A stretch of 64,000 nucleotides of DNA from an uncultured virus (IMG/VR IMGVR_UViG_3300017783_005492) (lineage: Duplodnaviria > Heunggongvirae > Uroviricota > Caudoviricetes): the IMG/VR virus record IMGVR_UViG_3300017783_005492; one strand, 5' to 3'. Shown piece after piece: positions 55,258 through 64,000 of this stretch. The position numbers were made by a program, and so were the translations under genes. Position 1 is the stretch's first letter; the number at the start of each line of letters is the position of its first letter. The notes beneath the pieces are model-generated. The model was not told the DNA's origin, ran no database searches, and saw only the letters and a list, made by a program, of their open reading frames with translations.

Positions 55258-56996
55258 GTATTACAAAAGAAAAATTAAATTCATCTATAGAAACTTTAAG
55301 AACCAGAGCTAGATCACAGTCTGCAGAAGTGGACGCTGCAGCTCAGGCTGCAATCAATAGATTTAACGCAGTGAACCAAACCAAACTAGGTCAAGACTTA
55401 GATGAGCTTAACGGATTTGTTCCTATAACACAATCTGCTGACCATAGCTATGACTTAGTTCCAGGTGATGCCGTTTGTTTTATGTCAGAAAATGTTCCAG
55501 GATTAGCAGCTGATTTAGTTGAAACAGTTGATAATAAAGTTTCTTTGGACGCAATTGTTGGTGCAAGTGAAGGACCATCTGACGGTGAAATTGGAGATGG
55601 ATTCTTAAAGGAGTTTGCTCAAGCCTGTAATCCTAAAGCAATTAAAGAAAGCTTAGTTGAAGCTACAGGAAAAACAGAAGATCAACTTACAGACGCTATT
55701 GACGATCTTACTTCACCTGAATTAAGAGCAACTTTAACTGACACTATTAAAAAGGGTCTTGATACTGCAGCTGCTATTGCATCTGAATTCAAAAGCGATG
55801 TTGTAAAATTAGAACAAAGACTAGCGGCTACACAAGGTACAGGTGCACCTAATATTTTAGAAGCAGTCGTTTTGGAAATAGACAAAACAATAACCACAAC
55901 ATTAAAACAACTTGTTGGTGGCGCTGGAATTAGTCCTGTAAATTTAGATAGTATCACTAAAAACATTTCTCTTGAACTTCCTACAGAAATTGAAAAGGCT
56001 GTTAATCTTTTGAAGAAAATAGCTCCTGATATTCCTGTAGATAATTTTGAAGAAGGACTTTCAGGTTTATCTACGTCTGTAAGCAATGCGGTTGTCCTTG
56101 ATCCTTTAGATGCAGATCTTGGAACTTCAACAGTACCAGCAGAAATTATTGGAGCAGGATCTGCTGCATGGGATGATGCAAATACTCCTATCGCTAATGC
56201 TGCTACTGTAAGAGCTAGTCCTGAAATTGTAGCTCAACGCTCAGAAACTTTATCTGTAACTGACACTGATACTGAAAACATTGTTATAAAAAATGAAAAG
56301 ACTGGATCTACTACAAAAATTACAACTGAAAAAACCTCAGTAGAAACAAGCATTGTCACTGGCGGAGGCACTACAACATATAGAAGACAAAAACCTTTAT
56401 ATGGTTTTACGTATGTTTCAAGTATGGAAGAACTTGAAGCAGAGCTAAGATCTGTTACTAGAGATATAACTGAAGTTGTAGTTCATTGGTCAGCAACATT
56501 TTTAGATCAAGATATTGGTGCTGAAGAAATCCATGAATGGCATACTCAAAGAGGATTTTCTGGATGTGGATATCATTACGTTATTCGTAAAGATGGAAGA
56601 ATACAAAGAGGTCGTCCTATTAGTAAACGAGGAAGTCACGCTAAAGATAATAGACACAACCTATTTAGCGTAGGTATTTGTTTTGTAGGTGGGTATAATT
56701 GTTTAAGTGGTACTCCAAACAGAGATAGGTACGTAGGATCTGAATCTATAAATGAAGAACAAATGAAAACCTTTGATCAGTTTATGAAATCTTTTTATGA
56801 TGTATTCCCAGGATCTCAAGCTTGGGGCCATGTTGATACAGACAATAAAGGAAAACAAGATCCAGGTTTTGATGTCCCACAATACGTATTTAATAAATTT
56901 GGAAAAGTGAATGTTTCTGCTACCGGTAAAACCCGGCCATTGTCACCTAGACAATTAGCTAAAGCATCAATAGAAATTAATACAGGAATTGCATAA
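55254..56996 (+). CDS. virion protein with C-terminal N-acetylmuramoyl-L-alanine amidase (Amidase_2)
   Basis: VVHWSAT, I..WH..RGF...GYHYVIR.DG....GRP, GICFVGG, WGH......DPGF. Confidence 0.85.
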   Translation: MSITKEKLNSSIETLRTRARSQSAEVDAAAQAAINRFNAVNQTKLGQDLDELNGFVPITQSADHSYDLVPGDAVCFMSENVPGLAADLVETVDNKVSLDAIVGASEGPSDGEIGDGFLKEFAQACNPKAIKESLVEATGKTEDQLTDAIDDLTSPELRATLTDTIKKGLDTAAAIASEFKSDVVKLEQRLAATQGTGAPNILEAVVLEIDKTITTTLKQLVGGAGISPVNLDSITKNISLELPTEIEKAVNLLKKIAPDIPVDNFEEGLSGLSTSVSNAVVLDPLDADLGTSTVPAEIIGAGSAAWDDANTPIANAATVRASPEIVAQRSETLSVTDTDTENIVIKNEKTGSTTKITTEKTSVETSIVTGGGTTTYRRQKPLYGFTYVSSMEELEAELRSVTRDITEVVVHWSATFLDQDIGAEEIHEWHTQRGFSGCGYHYVIRKDGRIQRGRPISKRGSHAKDNRHNLFSVGICFVGGYNCLSGTPNRDRYVGSESINEEQMKTFDQFMKSFYDVFPGSQAWGHVDTDNKGKQDPGFDVPQYVFNKFGKVNVSATGKTRPLSPRQLAKASIEINTGIA

Positions 56997-59059
56997 TGAG
57001 CACAGAAAACGATGAACTAAAAGATCGCGAAAATACTCTTGGCCAAGGCCGAGAAAACTCGTTAGGCGTTTATAAAACAGGATTCCATGATGTCACAGGT
57101 AAATATCCAAGAGCCAATTACTTTTTTGGTCCAAGCATTAACACAGCTGCTAGAGGAATTACTAGGAATGATTTATATGTTGGTGGCGGTAATTTAGATT
57201 TAAGCTTAGATTTAGATAAGCCTCCAGTTTCTCAATATCCTTTTAATCAGGTTAATGAATCTAGAAGCGGGCATGTAATTGAAATAGATGACACTCCTTC
57301 AGGAGAACGTATTCTTATCCGGCATAAAACTGGTGCTGGAGTTGAAATGCGTGCTGATGGAACTATTCTTATTGCAACTAAAAATAATCACGTCACTGTT
57401 GTGCAAGGGGATAGTAAAGTGATTATTGAAGGTGATGCTGATCTCCAATACAACGGCAACTTAAACTTAGATGTTGCAGGAGATTATAACTTAAAAATTG
57501 GAGGCAACTATAATATTAATGTTGCTGGCGATGAAGTAAAAGAAATTGATGGAAATTATAGAGAGCGAGTCCATGGAAATCATAATACTATTATTGATGG
57601 CAATAAAGGCTCAACTACAACAGGAACTTCAAGCGAAACATCACTTAAAGGTTATAACAACGTAGTCCAAGGTAATTATAGAACAAGTGTTGAAGGAAAG
57701 GTTTCTATTTCTGCATCAGACCAAATAAAAGCAACTTCTGAAAAGCAGGTTGTTGTATCAGCTCCTGACATAAATATTGCAGCTCAAGTAATGTCAGTGT
57801 TTGGTGATACCGGAACTATAGGTGGACAGAACATCGTGATGTACAACTATAACATGTACACAGGACATTCTATTACAGCAACAGATACTATTACAACAAA
57901 CACTGCATATACTCAACGAGTGAATGCGACATCTATGCATGCCACAACATTCCATGGTTCTCTTGTAGGTAAAGCATCATTTGCGGCACAGGCAGATGAG
58001 GCTGGATCAGCTCCGTTAGGTGCTGGTTCAGGTGGTGGAACCCTGACTGAAACTACACATACCGCAGAACCAGTAGATCCTAAAGCCACAGCTTTACCAA
58101 CTGAAACTCTTTTGACAGATTATCTAAATAAATCTGCATACGGAGTAGCAAAAGTAAAAATTGATAATAATAAAGATCTTTTCAATGCAATTAATTACGA
58201 AGAAAAAACAGGTGGGGTTTCAAAAAAACCTTTAACAACAAGAGAAGTAAGAAGTAAATTGAGGGATCCAGATGTCCAAAACAACGAGAAATTCATTGGC
58301 ACTGCGATTGGTTCTTCGGTTCTTTCTAGCACATACGCTAATACCACTCCTCCGAAAATTGGTAGGATTGAAAGTAAAAAACCGACGAAAATCTTAGGGA
58401 TAGATAAGATTGGTCAAAGGAATCCTTCAGAAAATTCTAAAAGAGTTGTACCTAAACCTAGAGCTATAGCTATTATTCCTGATCCAGTTTTTAATCCAAA
58501 CAACGCAGGAATAATTACTTCTAAAACAAAACTAAATAGAGGTATATCTCTTGCTAAATTCTTAGGAGGTAGAGGTGACCAAGTAACCCTTGATCATATT
58601 TCGAAAGAAAGTGATAAGCTTGATTTAGCAAGACAATTATATTTGCACGGAGAAGTTCTTAAAAAGATTTCTAATGACGAAGGAAGATTTAGAGATTTTA
58701 GATTAGTGGTAGTTGAAGGTGTGTATAGAGCAGGGCCTGGCGAAACTTTGCAAACTGATACTCCTAATTGGCTTGCGTCTAAAGGAAGACGTGTAGTATA
58801 TGAACTTATAGATGAAACTGGAAGCCAGGCTAGCGAAAAAACTTTTGATTTGGCAGTGTACCTAAAAGACTTTTTATTTTACGATAAGTTAACCCTTGAT
58901 TACGACACCTTTGATCCTAGTGGATTAATTAATGCACAAATTATTATTGACATGCCTAAAGTAGGTGAAGACTATGACTGTGTATATGGTATGAATTTAG
59001 AAACAGTGTTTAATAATAAGGTACAAACAAACAAAGAACTCATTGAAATTATAGTATAA
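56996..59059 (+). CDS. gp5 C-terminal part (beta-helix spike) with extra C-terminal domain
   Basis: YP.N.V.ESRSGH..E.DDTP..ERI...H.TG, then VxGD/GN beta-helix repeats. Confidence 0.8.
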   Translation: MSTENDELKDRENTLGQGRENSLGVYKTGFHDVTGKYPRANYFFGPSINTAARGITRNDLYVGGGNLDLSLDLDKPPVSQYPFNQVNESRSGHVIEIDDTPSGERILIRHKTGAGVEMRADGTILIATKNNHVTVVQGDSKVIIEGDADLQYNGNLNLDVAGDYNLKIGGNYNINVAGDEVKEIDGNYRERVHGNHNTIIDGNKGSTTTGTSSETSLKGYNNVVQGNYRTSVEGKVSISASDQIKATSEKQVVVSAPDINIAAQVMSVFGDTGTIGGQNIVMYNYNMYTGHSITATDTITTNTAYTQRVNATSMHATTFHGSLVGKASFAAQADEAGSAPLGAGSGGGTLTETTHTAEPVDPKATALPTETLLTDYLNKSAYGVAKVKIDNNKDLFNAINYEEKTGGVSKKPLTTREVRSKLRDPDVQNNEKFIGTAIGSSVLSSTYANTTPPKIGRIESKKPTKILGIDKIGQRNPSENSKRVVPKPRAIAIIPDPVFNPNNAGIITSKTKLNRGISLAKFLGGRGDQVTLDHISKESDKLDLARQLYLHGEVLKKISNDEGRFRDFRLVVVEGVYRAGPGETLQTDTPNWLASKGRRVVYELIDETGSQASEKTFDLAVYLKDFLFYDKLTLDYDTFDPSGLINAQIIIDMPKVGEDYDCVYGMNLETVFNNKVQTNKELIEIIV

Positions 59060-59062
59060 ATA
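59055..59062 (+). promoter_or_regulatory. T4-type late promoter
   Basis: TATAAATA upstream of gp25. Confidence 0.75.
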
Positions 59063-59084
59063 GTACAAAATCAGAGAGTTCAAT

Positions 59085-59528
59085 ATGGCAACTAAAATAT
59101 TATCAAGAGAAGATGGAAACTTATCAGGTAGTACGCTGATAGGATCTAGATCTCAAGAATATGGTGACATTGACTTAACGTTTAATAATAAGCCAAGCGG
59201 TGACATTTTCAAAAAGTCTGCGGCCGGGGCAGTTAAACAAGCTGTTAAAAATTTACTTTTAACAAACTTTAATGAAAAACCTTTTAGGCCTAACTTTGGT
59301 GGAGATCTAAATAATCTTTTATTTGAATTGGCTGATGAAGATATTGATTACGATGTTGAAGAACAAATTATAAGAGCAGTAGAAAACTTTGAGCCACGTG
59401 CTAAAATTCTAAAGGTAGAATCTAATACACAGCTTGATAGAAATGAATTAAAAGTAAAGGTTACTTTTCTTGTAAAAAACCTCAACGAGGTCGTAGAATT
59501 TGAAACCGCATTGTCGAGGTTGAGATAA
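59085..59528 (+). CDS. gp25: baseplate wedge subunit gp25
   Basis: DIDL.F, AVKQ.V.NL.LT...EKPF.P.FG, FEPR. Confidence 0.9.
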   Translation: MATKILSREDGNLSGSTLIGSRSQEYGDIDLTFNNKPSGDIFKKSAAGAVKQAVKNLLLTNFNEKPFRPNFGGDLNNLLFELADEDIDYDVEEQIIRAVENFEPRAKILKVESNTQLDRNELKVKVTFLVKNLNEVVEFETALSRLR

Positions 59529-61367
59529 ATGGCAGTAACTAACATTGAATCTACCCAGCTAGATTTTCAACAAATTAAGCAAAGATTAAAAACATATCTT
59601 GCTTCCGATAACGAGTTTCAAGATTATAATTTTGAAGCTTCAGGCCTAAGCAATATTCTTGATGTTCTTGCATACAACACACACTTTAATGGTCTTATTG
59701 CAAACTTTGCTTTGAATGAAGCATTCCTTAATACTGCTCAACTTAGATCTTCAATTGTTTCTCATGCTCAAGGATTAGGTTACTCACCTAGATCCAAAAC
59801 ATCTTCTCAAACAAATGTAAATCTTACTCTTAATCTTGCTGGTGTTTCTAATAGAAACACTACATATATTCTTCCAGCCTTTACGCTATTTACCACATCT
59901 ATTAATGACATAACTTATACGTTTCAAACAACTGAATCTTTAACTGCTACAGATAATGGCTCAGGTCTATATGAATTTTCTGACGTTAATGGAAATAAAA
60001 ATGTCATTCTATTTGAAGGTACTAAAAGAACTAAAAAGTTTTATGTTGGTAAAGTTGGTGAAAGACAAATTTATGTTATACCAGATTCAACAATGGACAC
60101 TGCTACCACAATTGTAAAGGTTTTTGCTAATCCTTCAACTACAGAGTTTGAAGCGTACACACCAATTAGTAAAGCTATTAGAGTAGATCAAAATTCTAAA
60201 TTTTATCAAATCACAGAAGCTCCTAATGGATTTTATGAATTAAACTTTGGTGATGGTATATCATTTGGTCAAGCACCAGAAACAGGTACTGTAGTTCAAG
60301 TAGAATATCTTTCTACTGTAGGAGCAGATGCTAATGGTGGACAAGTGTTTTCTCCAAGTTCACAGTATACTGTTAACGGACAAGGCTATGACTTATCTGT
60401 AACTACAGTTTCTAATTCTACATCTGGATCAGATAGACAAACAGTTGAAAGTATTAGATCAAACGCTCCATTGGCATTTGCTGCACAACAAAGACTTGTT
60501 ACAGCAGAAGATTATAAAGCTATTATTCTTGCTAACTATTCTAACATCGTTGATGCAATTGCTTGGGGAGGTGAAGATAACATTCCAGCAAATTACGGAA
60601 ACGTTTATGTTGGATTAAAATTTCAAGATGGTATTACTGAAGCAGAAAAAACTTCAACAAAAGATTCTATTACAAGTAATATTACAGATTTTCTTTCAGT
60701 GTTATCTATTGGTACGATATATGTTGATCCAATTGAAACATTTATTGAGGCAGTTGTTGAATTTAACTTCGATCCAAACTTAACAAGTGTGACATTACAA
60801 TCTACGGAATCTGTTGTTTATAGTAAGGTCAGACAATTTTTCGAAAGTAACTTAGGACTTTTTGGTAGTATATTTAGAAGATCTAATTTGTTAACGACCG
60901 TAGACCAATTAGAAGAGTCTGTTATTAACTCATCAGTTGCTATTAAAGTTCAACAGAGATTTGAGCCAATATTAAATCAATCTCTTTCATATGAAATTAA
61001 TTTTCCAGTTACACTTCAAGCACCAGACGATATAATTGAAACTGTAACTTCATCTACATTTAGATTTAACAATAAAGTTTGTTTAATCAAAAATAAACTT
61101 AACTCAAAAAAGCTTGTTATAACAGATACTCTTGGAAACGTTGAAGTTGATAATCTTGGACAATACGATCCTGATAGAGGTAAGGTAGAACTAAATGGGT
61201 TTATTCCAGAAAGTATTACTTCTGGCCAAACCTACATAAAACTTTCTGTTACTCCGAGAGATCAATCAGTAATTAAACCCTTAAGAAATTATATCCTTTT
61301 ATTGGATACTGATGCATCGTTTGCTTCAGGTAAAGTTGATAGACAAACGGTTGATGTGACACTGTAA
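59529..61367 (+). CDS. gp6: baseplate wedge subunit gp6
   Basis: LDF..IK..L..YL....F.DY.FE.SGL..ILDVLAYNTH, NE.FL..AQLR.S, Q.R.VT..DY, WGGE. Confidence 0.92.
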   Translation: MAVTNIESTQLDFQQIKQRLKTYLASDNEFQDYNFEASGLSNILDVLAYNTHFNGLIANFALNEAFLNTAQLRSSIVSHAQGLGYSPRSKTSSQTNVNLTLNLAGVSNRNTTYILPAFTLFTTSINDITYTFQTTESLTATDNGSGLYEFSDVNGNKNVILFEGTKRTKKFYVGKVGERQIYVIPDSTMDTATTIVKVFANPSTTEFEAYTPISKAIRVDQNSKFYQITEAPNGFYELNFGDGISFGQAPETGTVVQVEYLSTVGADANGGQVFSPSSQYTVNGQGYDLSVTTVSNSTSGSDRQTVESIRSNAPLAFAAQQRLVTAEDYKAIILANYSNIVDAIAWGGEDNIPANYGNVYVGLKFQDGITEAEKTSTKDSITSNITDFLSVLSIGTIYVDPIETFIEAVVEFNFDPNLTSVTLQSTESVVYSKVRQFFESNLGLFGSIFRRSNLLTTVDQLEESVINSSVAIKVQQRFEPILNQSLSYEINFPVTLQAPDDIIETVTSSTFRFNNKVCLIKNKLNSKKLVITDTLGNVEVDNLGQYDPDRGKVELNGFIPESITSGQTYIKLSVTPRDQSVIKPLRNYILLLDTDASFASGKVDRQTVDVTL

Positions 61368-62335
61368 TGACAACACAAACAGAAGAAGTATTTTTTAATA
61401 GACGTAATCTTGTTTTCCATACAGACGTGGTTGAACAAGTATTGCCAGAATATTTTCAAAGAGATTATCCTAATCTTATAAAATTCATGAATGCTTATTA
61501 CTCATTTATGGATTCAGATGAGCTTACAGATTCTCTTAAAGACTTATACGCGATTAGAGATATCGAATCTTCTTCTGCTAAACAGTTAGATCAAATATTT
61601 GCAGAAATTGCTCAAGGCGCATCAGCTTCATACTTTGCAGATTCGCGAGAAGCATTAAGAAACTTTGCTAACTTTTTTAGAGTTAAAGGTAGCTTATATT
61701 CTGCTGAAGGTTTTTTTAGAGCATTTTTTAATGAAACAGTAGAAATTCAATTTCCAAAAGAACAAATGTTTAGAATAGATGATTCTTTAATTGGTGCTGA
61801 ATCTCTTAAATATATACAAAACGCAGGATTATATCAAATTTTTTCTGTGTTAATTAAATCTTCTGTTCCAATTATTAGATGGAAAGAATTATATAGAAGG
61901 TTTGTACACCCTGCAGGATTTTTTCTTGGAGGTGAAGTTTCACTTGAAATACAGGCGCAATCCATATTTGATGTTAATGGAACACAACCAACAGTTGTGC
62001 TTATTGATTCTGCCTCATTGGCAAGAACAAGCGAAGCGTTTGCAACATTGGATGCTCCACAAGCATTCCATGAAGTAGTCGGTGAATTTGAAGATGGTAT
62101 TGACGGAGATAGCGATGTGACTAGAGCAAGGTTTGTACAGATTAATAGATATTCAAATATGTCTATTCAAGAGCTTATAAATTCTTATGGAAACTTTGCA
62201 CCTGGAACTGACGGTATTTTGGACGTTAACTCTCCAACATTAGATGAAGATACAGGAAGAACTCCTGGATTACTTAAAATATCCAATGCGATTGAAACAA
62301 TGGATCTAGATCGCTTCGAACTGTATGATAGTTGA
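61367..62335 (+). CDS. baseplate wedge subunit, gp7-like
   Basis: LPEY...YP....F..AYY, KGS..S...FFR.FF, YQ.FS..I, VHPAG. Confidence 0.7.
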   Translation: MTTQTEEVFFNRRNLVFHTDVVEQVLPEYFQRDYPNLIKFMNAYYSFMDSDELTDSLKDLYAIRDIESSSAKQLDQIFAEIAQGASASYFADSREALRNFANFFRVKGSLYSAEGFFRAFFNETVEIQFPKEQMFRIDDSLIGAESLKYIQNAGLYQIFSVLIKSSVPIIRWKELYRRFVHPAGFFLGGEVSLEIQAQSIFDVNGTQPTVVLIDSASLARTSEAFATLDAPQAFHEVVGEFEDGIDGDSDVTRARFVQINRYSNMSIQELINSYGNFAPGTDGILDVNSPTLDEDTGRTPGLLKISNAIETMDLDRFELYDS

Positions 62336-62343
62336 TATAAATA
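62336..62343 (+). promoter_or_regulatory. T4-type late promoter
   Basis: TATAAATA upstream of ORF 62372. Confidence 0.75.
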
Positions 62344-62371
62344 ACAATAAGAATTTTCAATAGGTGATTGA

Positions 62372-63358
62372 ATGGCACGGCAAAACTTAGGCACTGGCAG
62401 TACCGCAAATGACGGTACAGGAGATACACTCCGAGCAGCTGCCACTAAAATTAACTCAAACTTTGTAGAACTTTACCAAAAGCTTGGTGGAGATTCTGAT
62501 TTATTGTCAGGTGAGTTATCTGTTACAGCAAACGGTATTCAGTTTGAAGGCACTACTGATGATAACTTTGAAACTACACTAAAAGCAGTTGATCCGGATT
62601 CTGATAGAACAATTAGGTTACCTAATGCAGATGGTGAAATTATTACTGATTCTGCAACTCAAACAATAATTAATAAAACTCTTATTTCTCCAGTTCTTGG
62701 TGCACCTCAAATTCATGATTTAGATTCCTCTCATCAATATATTCTTAAAGCAGGTTCACTAACATCAGATCATAATGTTAACATCCCTTCACTTACTGAT
62801 AGTGATACATTTACATTTTTGAAGTCTACACAAACTTTAGAAAATAAAACTTTAGATTCTGCAACAATTAACAACCCAGCTATTACTGGAAAAATAAATG
62901 ATGTTAACGGTGCTGAGCTATTAAAGATAACGGCTACAGCATCAGCAGTAAATGAAGTCACACTAACTAATGCTGCAACTGCAGGAAAACCTGAACTAGC
63001 GGCGTCAGGAAGCGATACAGATATTAACTTAAAGCTTTCACCTAAAGGCTTAGGATCAGTTGAAGTACAAAAGATTGCTACAACTGTTACTGAAATGACT
63101 TCTGCTGGTACTGCACCAAGTGCAACTTCTTATGTAATTATTAATATAGGAACTGCTTCAGCAATTGGTCTAGCAGATGGAACCACTATTGGAGAACAAA
63201 AGATTTTTACAAACAAAGGTGCTGGTATAGCAACTATCACACCTACCTCATTCGGTCCAGGCGCTGATATTGTATTGGACCAAACCGATGGTTGCATTTT
63301 AATTTGGGATAATACCAATTGGCAGATTATTGGCCAATACGGTGCTACGGTAGTATAG
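62372..63358 (+). CDS. baseplate/fibre protein with gp9/gp10-like N-terminal domain
   Basis: MARQ...G..ANDGTGD.LR....KIN.NF.ELY; TQTL.NKTL repeats. Confidence 0.75.
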   Translation: MARQNLGTGSTANDGTGDTLRAAATKINSNFVELYQKLGGDSDLLSGELSVTANGIQFEGTTDDNFETTLKAVDPDSDRTIRLPNADGEIITDSATQTIINKTLISPVLGAPQIHDLDSSHQYILKAGSLTSDHNVNIPSLTDSDTFTFLKSTQTLENKTLDSATINNPAITGKINDVNGAELLKITATASAVNEVTLTNAATAGKPELAASGSDTDINLKLSPKGLGSVEVQKIATTVTEMTSAGTAPSATSYVIINIGTASAIGLADGTTIGEQKIFTNKGAGIATITPTSFGPGADIVLDQTDGCILIWDNTNWQIIGQYGATVV

Positions 63359-63366
63359 GATAAAAC

Positions 63367-64000
63367 ATGGCTGCGATTATTACAGATAGACTTAAAAGAC
63401 AATTCATTAATCATTTATTTGATGATGTGTTAGACTCTAGTAACAACTACTATGTTGGGATTGGAAGATCTGAACCTTGGGATTCCAACGATGCTGCACC
63501 TACACCAATTAAGTCTCAAAGAGATGAAAGAAATGCACGCTTAGGAATGCAAGCAGTAAAGACTGCTGAAACAGTTTCCTTTGTTGTTCCTCGACATAAC
63601 TGGTCGTCTGGTACTATTTACAGCGCATTTGATGATGCGTATGCTGCATATCCAACCAATCCATATTATGTTCTTACAGATGAAAACTCTGTGTATATGT
63701 GTATTCAACCAGGTCTAAACGCGGCTGGATCATCAGTGACATCAACGGTTAAACCAACCGGTACAAATTCTAGACCAATTTCGACTGCAGATGGTTACAT
63801 TTGGAAATACTTATACACTATCGGTGCGCTTGATGGTACTAAATTTACTTCAGCAAATTTCATTCCTGTAACTAAAGTTAATGATTCAGCAGGAACTCCA
63901 GGATTATCTGCTTTGCAGGTTAACCAAAGGCTTGTGCAAGAAGCAGCAACTCAAGGAGAAATTATTTCTATACAGTTAATAAATGCTGGCAGTGGATACA
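63367..64000 (+). CDS. gp8: baseplate wedge subunit gp8 (runs off window end)
   Basis: MAAIITD, YY.GIGR...W, VPR.NW..GT.Y, YYV.T....VY.C, KPT, DGY.WKYLY. Confidence 0.85.
   Translation, partial: MAAIITDRLKRQFINHLFDDVLDSSNNYYVGIGRSEPWDSNDAAPTPIKSQRDERNARLGMQAVKTAETVSFVVPRHNWSSGTIYSAFDDAYAAYPTNPYYVLTDENSVYMCIQPGLNAAGSSVTSTVKPTGTNSRPISTADGYIWKYLYTIGALDGTKFTSANFIPVTKVNDSAGTPGLSALQVNQRLVQEAATQGEIISIQLINAGSGY

Overview
AT-rich 64-kb segment of a T4-like (Tevenvirinae-related, probably marine) myophage genome. A Shemin-type 5-aminolevulinate synthase suggests an alphaproteobacterial host. From left to right: (1) 1-8.4 kb, an unexplained accessory cluster (class I glutamine amidotransferase, ferritin-like diiron protein, two sulfotransferase-like paralogues, TctC/TctA transporter without TctB, pentapeptide-repeat protein, three SAM methyltransferases). 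(2) 8.4-11.3 kb, an early region with four tandem sigma70-like promoters, unusual non-coding leaders, a PD-(D/E)xK nuclease and DUF932. (3) 11.3-19.8 kb, a late cluster of probable head internal proteins with capsid-targeting-like N-termini. (4) 20-46.7 kb, nrdA-Grx/nrdB, RNase H, PhoH, endolysin, a glycosyl/sulfo/methyltransferase cluster, hemA, two tRNAs, gp33 and gp32. (5) 46.8-64 kb, tail and baseplate genes (tape-measure-like, gp26, tube-like, gp2, gp4, gp48, gp53, split gp5, gp25, gp6, gp7, gp9/10-like, gp8). Seventeen near-identical early promoters recur across the window, and many share the leader ATAAAATGGAAAAGGAA. Best leads: a terminator-ended hairpin RNA (11173-11253) whose loop is the exact reverse complement of that shared leader, a candidate global early-gene shut-off sRNA; a pseudoknotted RNA plus minigene ahead of the nuclease; a -1 slippery site fusing gp26 to a start-less ORF just before the tape-measure gene; and further candidate structured RNAs. 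All protein calls come from motif recognition by eye, not database searches.
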